A stretch of DNA of 63,999 nt, filler included, from Reticulomyxa filosa (lineage: Eukaryota > Protista > Foraminifera), in the NCBI GenBank assembly GCA_000512085.1. It is 16 parts of 16 records of this genome, joined end to end, with 100 filler letters (N's around TTAATTAATTAA, not from the genome) between each part and the next. Parts side by side here need not be neighbours in the genome. Positions count along the whole stretch, not along the records: positions 24,939 to 27,741 come from ASPP01019823.1; positions 27,842 to 31,627 come from ASPP01029269.1; positions 31,728 to 35,671 come from ASPP01021137.1; positions 35,772 to 37,912 come from ASPP01011646.1; 12 more parts are not named here. One strand, written 5' to 3'. Positions 25,342-36,548 of the stretch are shown one piece after another (the first letter of the stretch is position 1; the number at the start of each line of letters is the position of its first letter). Position numbers and translations under genes: made by a program. The notes below the pieces were generated by a model. It had not been told where the DNA came from and did not search any database. It saw only the letters and a list, made by a program, of their open reading frames with translations.

Positions 25342-26350
25342 ATGGAACAAAACAATGATGTGTCTTTCTGGCCGTTAGTTCTTAAAATGGCAACTGTCGT
25401 GTGGCGTAACATAAAACTTACGTTTGTGACGTTGTTGCGACTGCTAGTGGTGACAATAATATTTCCGTTCATGCGATTGTATGTCCTATTAGACGAGGAC
25501 AAAGCATTTGCCAGTCTGAAAGTTGCACAAAAAAACGGAAATCGATTTGTCCCAATGCCGTATACTTTCCACGATTGGAAGCATATTGTGCTTCGTCGTA
25601 TTACTAGTTTTTTGAAGTTTTTTTTTTCCATATTTTTTTTTTTTTTTAATCATAATTCCAAGGGATACCATAGAAAAAAAGTAACACAATACTTGTGACT
25701 GAACAGTGAGCTGTCTGCTGTTAGTCGCGGAGATAAGATAAAGAAGTATGTTGTGTACACCGATGCTGGAGAATCCGTGGAATTTGATCGGTTCATGCAA
25801 GCATTAGAAAAACCGTTGACTTTGATTATATTTGGATCATGTACCTGGTAATTTGATGCACATACAAAACACTTTTTATTTCTTTTTAATGTAGCAAGTA
25901 GTGTATCAATTATCAACATCGTGACAACAACCAAAACATAGCCCATTATTTGTATCGGATATGAAAGAGGTATACAACTTTGTGCAGCAACACCGCAATA
26001 TGTTGAACATAGTCATTGTTTATACGAAGGAAGAACATGCAAGTGATGAGTGGTCTTTGCCAAACAATTACGACATTGCGACACACAGAGTGTTAAAAGA
26101 TCGGCTGAAAGCATCTGAGATATTTAAGAATGAGTTTTCTTATTGGTTTGAAACCTCCACCAATGGTTTTGTCACCCATCTGTTGATGGATAACATGAGT
26201 GATGAAATGGCCGTCGATTTCAACAGCACTCCCGATCGATTGTTTCTTGTTGACAACACAAACATGAAAATCGTATACAGATCAATTGCTGGACCTTTTG
26301 GAGCCTTAAAAACTAAACCTTTAATACCAATTTTGCAAAAACTTAGATGA
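25342..26350 (+). CDS. Iodothyronine deiodinase (T4_deiodinase) homolog, Cys-type; exons 25342-25616, 25707-25847, 25942-26350
   Basis: Spliced protein: N-terminal TM segment, then KPLTLIIFGSCT-C-PLF (deiodinase consensus RPLVLNFGSCTUPPF), IVIVYTKEEHASDEW (cf. YIEEAHPSDGW), IATHRVLKDRLKA, LLMDNMSD, TPDRLFLV, KIVYRSIAGPFG. Confidence 0.88.
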
Positions 26351-26623
26351 GCACATTAGGAGACGTTTGGAATTGTGAGAGTGACAGGTTTTAGTTTGTC
26401 ATTTCTCAAAAAATATTTTTATCAGCACCTGAAAAAAGAAAAAAAAATTGTTTGTGATTTAGAGTCAGCATTGTCTATTCTTCTTGGTAAATTAGAGTCA
26501 TATCTGCAATTTAATAAAAAACAAAATAAAAAAAACATCTTAATTCGATTGTGTGGTCACTCTTTGAAAGGGTGGAGGAAGAAAATTGAACAATTGTAAG
26601 TTGGCAAAACATTGTTTTGGTTT

Positions 26624-27741
26624 TCAAGACAAGCCAAGATGTTGCACAATTCTTGCAATTAACTCTGCCTTTTTGCCAGTTTTTTTCAAGCAATTATTGG
26701 CTAAATAGATCTTTAAGTCGTCAATTTTGAGATTTTTGAGTTCGTCATTTTCCGCCATTTTTTTCCAATCAAATGTCGCAGCTGTCGCCGCATCTTCATT
26801 CTCATTTTTTCGAGCAGTTTTTCGTTTGCGTCCACCTGCCTCCGTCTTTAAACGTTGTTTTTTTTTACAATATCAGCAAATACACACAAAAAAAGAAACC
26901 AACCAACATTCACACAGCACACAAATTTCTTCTTTTTTTTTTTTTTTATAAAAAAATACCTCATTTTTGCGCTTTTTGCCAACAAGCACAATGGATGGCT
27001 TTACATCCAAAGACATGCTCTCGGGCAGACTGTTCATCAAATCGGTGATGGCATTGCCAGCCACCTCTTCGATGCCGGGCAAATCGGGAAGCAGTTCGTC
27101 CTTTAATTCGGGTGGCTCTTCGTCCAGTGCCAGTGCTTGCAACGCGTCAAAGTGTCTTTGCAGCGCTGGGTTCGACGGCTGAGGGACGGTGCCGAATTGC
27201 AATGCGTCGATTACTTTCTTGGCTTTCGTGATGAGCTGGGGCTGGCTGGTGGCGCGTGGCGCGTTTGAAGCCAGTGGTACTTTGCGAATATCGTCTGCAT
27301 AAGGCAAGAAGATCACGTGCATTCCCGGAGGCTTTTCTTGTGCGCCCTTTTCGTCGTTTGTTTCTTGCTATTCAAATGTTATTTTTTTTAAATTTCATTT
27401 TTTTTCCTTATTTTATTTTATTTTTATTTTTTTCAAAATTGAAAAACATAACTTGTGCGACCAAAGCCACAAATCGAGGGGTCGTGCGTTTGCGAGCAAT
27501 GATCCTGGCCACGGCAAATTTTTGCAAGTCGCACATTGCCGTGATCAGCGCCGCAAATGCACAAGTTGAGCCTTCAATCCTCTGGACCAACACACCACAA
27601 AAAGTTCAAAGGGGCCAAGTTTCCAAAGCAAATGATAAAAAAAAGCAAAACTGATTCGTCAGGATACATAAAATAAGAAGGTTTGATATTGTAATAAGGT
27701 TTCAAGCGATGCAAAGGCTTGAATCCAAGCAACACCAATGC
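26624..27741 (-). CDS. KU70: Ku70 (NHEJ DNA end-binding subunit), 3' half with SAP domain, 5' truncated
   Basis: LVLLGFKP..IKPSYFMYPDE, IEGSTCAFAAL..PRFVALVAQ, PPGMHVIFLPYADDIR, NPALQRHFDALQALALD, and C-terminal SAP LKIDDLKIYL..KTGKKAELIARI. Confidence 0.93.
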
Positions 27742-27864
27742 NNNNNNNNNNNNNNNNNNNNNNNNNNNNNNNNNNNNNNNNNNNNTTAATTAATTAANNN
27801 NNNNNNNNNNNNNNNNNNNNNNNNNNNNNNNNNNNNNNNNNTCTGAGAAAAACTATGACAGAGA

Positions 27865-28207
27865 TTATCCAGATTTAAATAGCAAAATAGCAACCTGATC
27901 GATATAAAAGTAAATGAAATGTTTAGTTTCATGAGTGACATAGCTACCAAAGTTTCTACCCACCACGCAATGCCATGTTGGTCCGTGTTTTTTGTCAAAC
28001 TCTTTCTTGATGTGTGCCGCAACGTCTTTTTCTATTGTAAACTTTTCTAGTCCCTACACCCCACAAATGTTAAACTACTTGAACAAAACGGATCTGTCAA
28101 AAGTATGGATTATTGTTAACTGCAGTGGCGAACGCGACTGCGTCAACTTGCATCTCGGTGGACATGTCTGCAATTTTGACAACAGCTTTTTTCGTGTCTT
28201 GTGACAT
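27865..28207 (-). CDS. DYNLL1: Dynein light chain LC8, one intron
   Basis: [24 protein letters not shown]..|..[55 protein letters not shown]. Confidence 0.96.
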
Positions 28208-28609
28208 CTTCGCTTCACCGTCTTTTTCTTTTTTCAAATGCACGGCCAAAGAAAAGGAATATTTGCAAGGGGTAAACTTTATTAGAGTTTTGGGGCTTGT
28301 AACCAAAAAATTTTTTAGTTTCCCTTTTAAAGTTGCAGGCCACACAACACCGTCCCAAACAAAGCCGGAATAAAATCTTACTGAGAAATACAAAAACTTG
28401 TCTGAGCTGATAGATTTTCAATTGTTCTAATATGTATGCCCTATTGATGTCACAAAGCCTAATTTTTGAGGCAGAATTTATCCTTTCAGTGAGCAGAGAA
28501 AATTTCAAAGTAAATCGAATTTTTAAAGGCAGCCAAGGATTTCCAAAAAACTCTTTTTTTATTTGTAAATATATTCAAATATAAAATTACTCTTTCAACA
28601 TTTATTTTG

Positions 28610-28999
28610 TCATTGTGGTTGCTCTTTCTTATTTTTCAACTCTTCTGCTAGAAGAGCACGACGTTTGGCATTTCTCTTGGCAATAACTCGTTGTGTCTTT
28701 TTTTGTTCTTCAGGCGTCATATGGGCCCAGTTTTTGATACGACTGATTGTACCATCTTTGTTCAATACAATGGGTCCCAAAGCATTCAGGCTGGCAGAGG
28801 TTGTCCCATTTTCCAGTGTTGCCGAAACTTGGATTGAATCGACTGCTGCTGAGATGTTTGGAGACGCACCTGAACCGCCAAACGCTGTTAACGAACTTGT
28901 AACAGTACTTTCCTTCGACTCTTCTTCAGCTGTTGTTGATTCTTGTTTTGTGCACACAAGTGCGTAATTATTGTTATCAATTTTAACGTTTGAGGACAT
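28610..28999 (-). CDS. Conserved small uncharacterised protein
   Basis: Intact single-exon ORF with LGPIVLNKDGTISRIKNWAHMTPEEQKKTQRVIAKRN, a motif I recognise from small uncharacterised fungal and algal proteins. Confidence 0.75.
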   Translation of the reverse strand: MSSNVKIDNNNYALVCTKQESTTAEEESKESTVTSSLTAFGGSGASPNISAAVDSIQVSATLENGTTSASLNALGPIVLNKDGTISRIKNWAHMTPEEQKKTQRVIAKRNAKRRALLAEELKNKKEQPQ

Positions 29000-29422
29000 T
29001 GTTTTAATTGGATCCTAACAAAGACCACATCACAAAAAAGGAGCGCTGGTAGAACCTGTGTAAAACACAGCAAAAGAAAGGTGTATTTGGAGGGATTGTG
29101 ACAATATATAATAAAGTAATAACAATTTTCAAATGAATTCGTTTTGTTTGGGTTTATTTTGACCAGCTATTGAAGAAATGCTATCTAAAATAAGAAAGTT
29201 TCTGTATTGGTTTAATATTGTAAGCACATCATCATTAGATTTAATTGCACAATTTGGAATGAAGGGTCAACAAAAAAAATTATATAAAATGAAAATACTG
29301 TGCAACAACGGTTTGAAAATCACCCACAAAAATGGCAAACTTTCCACAAACTTTATTCCAAAAAAAAAGTCAAATAAACAAAGACAATACTGTTCCAGAA
29401 GTAGGAAGGAAATGAATAAAGA

Positions 29423-31340
29423 TCAAGTTTGGTTTTGCGTGTTGTCAATAGAAGTGCCACCAGATTGACGTTTTTCCGTCAATTCTCTTCGTTGCATTCT
29501 GGCCTTTCTCGCCTCTTCAATGCGGTCACGTGCAGATTCGGATGTGTCTGTAGAGGAAGTAGAGGTAGCTGCCAAGGGATCAGTTCGTTCCGAGGTAGTG
29601 CCCGTGGCAGAGGAACCGGTCAATGATCCACCGGGACGACTCGCTTTGAAGGCGGCCATTCGTTCCATTGTTCTTCGAGCACGATCGAGCGGATTGGTGT
29701 CAGTCTTGCTGTCTCTGGTCGCTCCACTGGCGAACGCACTTGTACCAGTCGATTCAGTGTTGGCCACTCTCGGCGTCGTTGTGGCAGATTGAGGGGCCGA
29801 GGGCGGGTTCACCTCCTCTAATACCTCAGTAAACTCTTTGTTGCTCGGAATGGAGCTCAATTGCGGTGACACAAGTGCGGCTGTCTGTCGTTGAGCCTTC
29901 ATTTGTTGCAGCTTCGATTGAAATCCTGCAGTGCCTCGATTCGCCAGCGTAGATGTCGAAGCTGCTTTGCTGGACCAAAGTTGCATGATTTCAGTTTACA
30001 TACACATATTGTATATTTAGTATATTAGTATATTAGTACAGTGGAATAGAATTGACAAATGATTTATGCCAAAGAGAAAGAAATAGGAGGGAGGAAAAAA
30101 AAAAACAAAACTCATTGGTTCGTGAAGCAATGTCACTTGACATGTTACCTGACATGGTAGTTAGACTAGTGCGAGGATTGGACAACAAGTCTTTGGCTTT
30201 TCGGAACCCTTGGGCACGAGGCGAGGGACCGTACTTGCGAATCATTTGCTCCTGAGTGATTAAGGAACGCTTGGGATCGCTCCAATCGGGGACTTGTTCA
30301 TTCAATTTCGACTCACTTTCAAATTCTTCTTTCGTCAAAAATAGGTCTTCATTGAATCGGTCCGTCAATTGTCCATATATCGAACCGCCAACAAAGTTGC
30401 GAATGTTGGAAGGAAATTCACATTTTACTAATCGCACATGTTTGCTTAATTCTAATCCAATTAAAAAACATACATATTATTACATAATTTTTTTTACTAT
30501 TATTATTTTTAAAAAAAATAGACAGCTCATAACTTTGCAGTGAAGAATACTTGTCCAACACAAAGGCTTGTCTAAGTTCACTGACAAATCGAACAAAAAA
30601 GCCAGGAATACATGCACACCCTCCGGTGATGAGAATGTTGCTGACAAGTTTGGCTCGACAGTCGATCGGCAATTTGAGCAATGCGTCGCAAACAAAGTGT
30701 GCAATGTTGATTCGATTGACTTCGTCGAACAAGGCGTCACATGCCTGTTGTCGAACATTGCCACCGATTTTGCAAAACGCAGATTGCTTTTTCACTCGAA
30801 ATTCGTACGATACATTGTTTGCTTTCGTCTCGGCCAGTGTCTGTGTACGCGTAGCGGCAACAAAACACGTTCGAGCAATGGGCGCCTCCACGTCTTCACT
30901 TTCGACTTGGAAATCTCGTCCTGTTTCGATCACGCGCATGCATTGCATTGCATTGCATTCCAATGGCAAAAGAGACAAAGAGAAGTTAAATGCAGATGCT
31001 TGATGTATGGGTTTGTTCAAAACTGTCCAAGTCTAGTGTGGTCGTTTCTTTGATCAACTTTTTGAAATTCGTGACAATCGCACTAAATCCAACTGGAATC
31101 CACAGACGTGACTCTGGGACTATATGTCCCATAAACACCTGTTATAATTTCAACATGACAAACACATTTTTTTTGTTTGATCATATTTTTTGTATGCAAA
31201 AATAAAGTATGAAACTGCTTCCAATTTGGACGTGTGATAACCAATATCCAATACCAAAGCAGTATCTCCACCAGTGCAGAAAGTGGCTGCATACAGCGAG
31301 TCCACAAATTGGACAGCAGGAACCTTGCACAGAGCAATTT
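29423..31340 (-). CDS. ACTR10: Actin-related protein Arp11 (ACTR10, dynactin pointed end) with a long C-terminal extension; 5' truncated
   Basis: TALVLDIGY, DALLKLPIDCRAKLVSNILITGGCACIPGFFVRFVSELR, FVGGSIYGQL..LTKEEF..VPDWS. Intron 29970-30111 joins a 187-aa S/T/A/R-rich final exon. Confidence 0.82.
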
Positions 31341-31583
31341 ATTTATTTAAATGTTTTTGCTTTTATTGGACAAGAAATGTAAATAAACAAACAAACAAAA
31401 ATAAATAGCATATACATGTATACGTATGCAGAGTTACAAAACATCATATTGAAATAATGCTTTAGCTAGTCCATTTTGAAAAGGCTTGGACCAAAAAGGG
31501 TCGGCCAATATCAGCACTTTACGAGTATTCGGTTTTATCATCAATTGTCTGTTGAAAGGATATTTAATTACAAATCCAAACAC

Positions 31584-31627
<44 letters not shown>

Positions 31628-31727
31628 NNNNNNNNNNNNNNNNNNNNNNNNNNNNNNNNNNNNNNNNNNNNTTAATTAATTAANNNNNNNNNNNNNNNNN
31701 NNNNNNNNNNNNNNNNNNNNNNNNNNN

Positions 31728-32060
31728 ATTTGGATGATGAACGAAATGTGTCAAACATGAAGATAATATATGTCTATGTTAAATACACATTTTTATTAGT
31801 ATTTTAAAAAAAGAAAGAGCAAATGGATTAACATAATTGACAACAAGTTTGTCAAACTCATGAATCCATCCTAATTTGATTTTCAATATTCGAATCCAAT
31901 GTTGTATAATTAATTGAATCTTTTCTTCTTCAGACTATTTGTGTCACAAATTATATAGAATAAATAAAATAATAAACTTTTTGAAAACTTGTAATAAAGC
32001 TTACAAACGCTAATTGTGTTGGAGTTTGCTTCTCATTACTAAGAGTTGTCATTTTATTTT
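31728..32060 (-). CDS. 5' exons of a lineage-expanded WD40-family gene (truncated by the contig end)
   Basis: EEKIQLIIQHWIRILKIKLGWIHEFDKLVVNY | IFFMFDTFRSSSK, nearly identical to the copy at 38013-38440, which continues into WD40 repeats. Confidence 0.65.
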
Positions 32061-32429
32061 TTTTCTTAAGTTCGTTTTTGACGATGTAAAATAGAAGATA
32101 TTGAACTTGTTTTCCACTAAAGGGCAATGAAAGGGGGTTTCAAAAATATGTTGGCAACATGAAAAACAAACGTGTTAATTTTTTTTTAATAAAAATAAGA
32201 AATTTTTTTTAAACATATGTTATACGTGCATACTCAGTTTTCAAAAGATTTTCAACAAAAAGGAATTTTAATGTGGAGATAAAAAGTGTAATTTAACACA
32301 GCTTTTATAAACTTTGAATGTATTTTTAAATTCATTATTGAAAAGTAGAAAGATAACTTCCATAAATTACATAAATGATATATTTTCCATGAATTACTTA
32401 GAAATATTTAATTATTCTCCAAAATTTAT

Positions 32430-33520
32430 TTTATCTACTGTACTTTATAATAATCTTATCAAAATTATTAATTCATCCTAATTTTATCTTTAAAGTTCGA
32501 GTCCAATATTAAATAATTAATTTTATTTCATTTTTTGATTGTTTATTTTTTGTCAATAATTTCACAAGAAATTTACTTGTGTTTCATCAAAATAAATAAA
32601 CAAATCATTATCAATTGTGAAGGATCATGTGAGTATATTTATCAACTTTTCCTACAATGATGTGTATATAATTGTCTTCAAACAATGAACTCATTGATTT
32701 TAAGGTATTAGAGTATATTTAATTTATCAAAAGGATACACATATGCATATGCATAAAATGATGCAATATCATCACAAACAGGTAGTTAATTGATGTTATC
32801 TTCATTCATATTCAATTGATAATCCATTTAATAATTTTGTTGATTTAATCAATGCACGCACATCTCTTTCAATAATAATTTGATGATTGTGATTGTCTGT
32901 GAAATGAATCAATTTATTATAATTATTTGATTTGTTTAATTTCATTTTATTTTTATTTTTGTCGTTGTTGGAAAAAAATTATTGTTGTTCTAATTACAAA
33001 TTTTATATTTATTATCATTGATACACACATACACATATGCATAGAACGATGAAATATCATCACAAACAGATAGTTGATGAAATTGAAAATTTTTGTTATC
33101 TTTATCATATTCAATTGATAACCCTATCTCTTGTTTGAACAACAGCTTTGATAATTTGTTGATTTATTTTCATCCTTTCTTGTACTTGTTCATTTTCTGA
33201 CTTTGATACAAAGCAATGATACCATATACCATTAATAGATGGTAAAGATCATGTTTAATAAATCGAAACGCATTTAGGTCATACACTAATATTATTCTCA
33301 ACGTCAGTGATAAATAACAAATGATTGTTGATTCCACCAATCACTGCACGCGCTCCGGCATAGTCTTCATCTTTTCCAATGACAATTGGGTGATTTTGAT
33401 TGTCTGTGAAAGGATTCCATTGATTGCAATTGTTTGATTTGTTTAAGTTCTTTGATTTACTCATTTCATTTTTATCATCATTATTGTTATCATTACTATA
33501 TCTTTATTTTGATAGCGTTG
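32430..33520 (-). pseudogene. Kelch-repeat family pseudogene with internal duplication
   Basis: NQWNPFTDNQNHPIVIG..GARAVIGGINNHLLFIT, twice QLPVCDDI..YAYVC, and a C-terminal exon SKNEIKLII*YWTRTLKIKLG*INNFDKIII. Multiple stops and frameshifts. Homologous to 52735-53812. Confidence 0.75.
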
Positions 33521-34003
33521 TCTCTTTGTGTATTAATATTTCTTCATTTGAATTCAAGTTTCAATTGAATAAAGCATTTACTTCTATTCAAAAGTTGATC
33601 AACAAGGCAAAACTATGGATAACATCTTGAATAATTTGACTGTTTGTTCTTTTACTCGTTATTACATTTTAAAAAATAATTCTTTCCCAGAGAAAAAATA
33701 AAACATCAAATATCCTCTCAATGCTTGTGTTTATATCTTACAAAACATGGTGTGTTTCTATATTTTAAGTAAATTAAAGAATCAATTTTAAATTCGATTT
33801 ATTGTTTGTAGACTTTTTATACAAATAGTTTGGTTCGTAAGTTCAGCACCTACAGGCGCCTTGAGTCTCTAAAAAAATCTGTTAACTTATCACTCTATCT
33901 CACACATTTCTGAAATAGCTTTACTTATTGTCTTCTTTGTTATTCTAATGGAGTAATCACGTCTACAGTATCATGTACTGTTGAAATCATAACGCCAAGA
34001 ATT

Positions 34004-35648
34004 CTACACATTAGTTTTGAAATGATTGTTGATTGAATGTAAATTCTTCACATACAATGTTGGATGATGAACAATTACAACTGCAATGACTGATAAATGC
34101 CTTCTATCAAATTTCAATTTGTTTTTACCATACTGCAAAATTGTAATGTTGAAAGTTTGATACCTTTCTGGTTGGTTTTTATGAAGCATTGTGTTAAATT
34201 TTTTGATGAAGTATCTTTAACTTGGAAAGGATTTTTACTTTGGTTATTGGCAATCAAAATTTGTGTGATTATATGTGAATTTTTTCGATTTGCACAATAC
34301 ACATAAATTAATTATCGCCTTGGTGAATGAAAATAAAATTATGAATTGCAATAACTTTTACTTTTACACTTTTTTTTTTTACCAATCTCGTGATCCTTTT
34401 TAATAAAAGGTAAACCATTATTCACAGTGTTTGCTGTTGCAATTTCAACAGCTGTTCGTTCTTTGTATGCTTCAGAAAGAAATATACAAAATAAATTGAT
34501 ATTGTGATTGCAACAGCGTCTTTCCAAAAACTCATTTATTCTTTTTTTATATTTTTGTTCATTGCTATCTCGAAATTTCCATTTTTCATATTCAAACAAT
34601 AATTCCCTTGTTTCATAAATATTCCCTTCACAGCAAAAATGAAGTGAAACATAAATGATATTGAAATCAATAAAATAATTCCACATTGCACTTATTTGAA
34701 TAATTTGTTGGATATATAGATCATATTGTCCCCATGTAATAATATCATTTGTGTGTATTTATCTTCACTCTCTACTTTTGCATTCCATGCATATATTTCT
34801 TTATGTGTTTTCTCATCATCCCTATAACTTATAAAAGACCTTGCAAACAAAATTTCACGTTCGTGTTTGAATGGGGATATCCATGATACATCACAGCTAT
34901 CAATTTGAAGTGACCTTCTCATGGAAGGATGAAAGTGTAAAATACATCCTTGATCACTTCTATAAATTTGTGCAACTTGAATATCATCAGAAGTACTTAC
35001 ATGACTTATAAAAAATCCTGCTTTGATTTCTTTAATATTCTCCAATCTCACTCCTTTCAATCCACAATATAATTCCATTTCACTTTCTTCTCTTCTTTCA
35101 TGTGAGTGAAGTATTTTGACAGCCTCCTGCAAATAAAAATCCAAATAAGGCCACTTATGATGTCTAAATTTTATTTGATCATAGCTGAATTTTTCATTAC
35201 ATGATTTACCACAATACAATAAAATTGCACAAATATTCCATAATTGAAGTGGATATCCCATTTGCTTATGAATATTATCATGATACAATATCTTCAATTC
35301 ATTTAATATTGTCAATATTTTATCATTTAATATCAATTCACCATTTTCATCCTTTTCATTATAGTTAATTTGTTTTTTGATACTCTTATGAGATGCTGAC
35401 GGGCTAGTAATTAAATCATTTAAACAACTATTCTTTATTACTTCGTGTAACAATTTCTGTAAATGATTGTTTTTTGTCATTTTTACGTGTACTGTATCTT
35501 CAATAATTTTAAGTTTGTGCAAATCACATTCATACAATAATGGATTGAATTTAGTTTTTTGATATGACGAAATAACTGTATCTTGAAATGGAACACTTTT
35601 TGGCAAATTATTTCTTTGTATATCAATTGTGCGTTTGTAGGGTACCAT
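34004..35648 (-). CDS. Lineage-expanded protein with an ADP-ribosyltransferase (ARTC, R-S-E clade)-like domain; homopolymer frameshift near 34735
   Basis: AILLYCG..KWPYLDFYLQEAVKIL (helical lead-in), LYCGL (R strand), FISHVSTS (STS), DVSWISPFKHEREILF (ExE). The frame continues QYDLYIQQIIQISAMWNY into ORF 34339-34686. Confidence 0.7.
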
Positions 35649-35771
35649 GAAATATCCTTTTATTTCCCAATNNNNNNNNNNNNNNNNNNNNNNNNNNNNN
35701 NNNNNNNNNNNNNNNTTAATTAATTAANNNNNNNNNNNNNNNNNNNNNNNNNNNNNNNNNNNNNNNNNNNN

Positions 35772-36284
35772 ACGGCGCCGGCCAGGTGAAGACCCACAAG
35801 ACGCTGAACGTGAAGATTCCGGCCGGTGTGGACGAAGGCGACCGCATCCGCTTGTCTGGCGAAGGCGAACCGGGGGCAGAACGGCGGCCCGTCCGGCGAC
35901 TTGTTCGTGGTGGTGCACGTCAAGAAGCACAGCGTGTTCGAGCGCGACGGCAAAGCCTGCACTGCGAAATGCCGATCAGCTTTACCGTGGCCGCTGGGCG
36001 GCGAGGTGGAAATCCCCACCCTCGATGGCATGGTCAAGGTGAAGATTGCTGCCGAAACGCAGAGCGGTCGTGTTTACCGTGTACGCGGCAAAGGCGTAAA
36101 ATCGGTACGTGGCAGCGACGTTGGCGACCTGATGTGCCACGTTGTCGTCGAAACGCCGGTGAACCTTACCGAGCGCCAGAAAGAGCTGTTGCGCGAATTC
36201 GAGGCCATCAGCCAGGGTGATGTGGCCACCCACACGCCGCGCGCCAAGTCCTTTGTCGACAAGCTGAAAGACTTCTTCGGCTAA
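35772..36284 (+). CDS. dnaJ: Bacterial chaperone DnaJ, C-terminal part (frameshifted by sequencing indels)
   Basis: [97 protein letters not shown]. Confidence 0.95.
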
Positions 36285-36317
36285 GGCCATTTGTTACATA
36301 GTTGTGCCGAACAACGA

Positions 36318-36347
36318 CACCGCGAGGGTTAACCCGCGGTGCGTTTT
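36318..36347 (+). terminator. Rho-independent terminator after dnaJ
   Basis: CACCGCG(A)GG-GTTAA-CCCGCGGTG hairpin followed by CGTTTT, 34 nt after the stop codon. Confidence 0.75.
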
Positions 36348-36548
36348 GCATTTTGTGGCAATCATTGTGCGCAGCAGGGCGATTGTCTGACAAATAATGG
36401 TTAATGTATCCAGCCTGCTGGTATTCGGCGCTTTGTTTCAGTATGTTTGCGGCTTCGCAAAGCAGGCGCATGACCTGCGCGATGGCGGTAACCCTGACCA
36501 GGTTGCCGACACCAAATGGGAACAGACCCTGATATCAAAGGAGCAAAC

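Noticed and set aside
25696-25698. In-frame TGA in the deiodinase as selenocysteine or readthrough
   Set aside because: It lies inside the 90-nt T-rich intron 25617-25706, far from the active site.
26376-26408. 3' UTR hairpin after the deiodinase as a SECIS element
   Set aside because: The GTGA is Watson-Crick paired with TCAT, with no GA/GA quartet and no apical AA. The spliced codon is TGC, so no SECIS is needed.
36350-36540. Glycine riboswitch upstream of the AGCS symporter
   Set aside because: Small hairpins exist, but the GGAGA..CCGAAG..CTCTCAGG consensus is absent.
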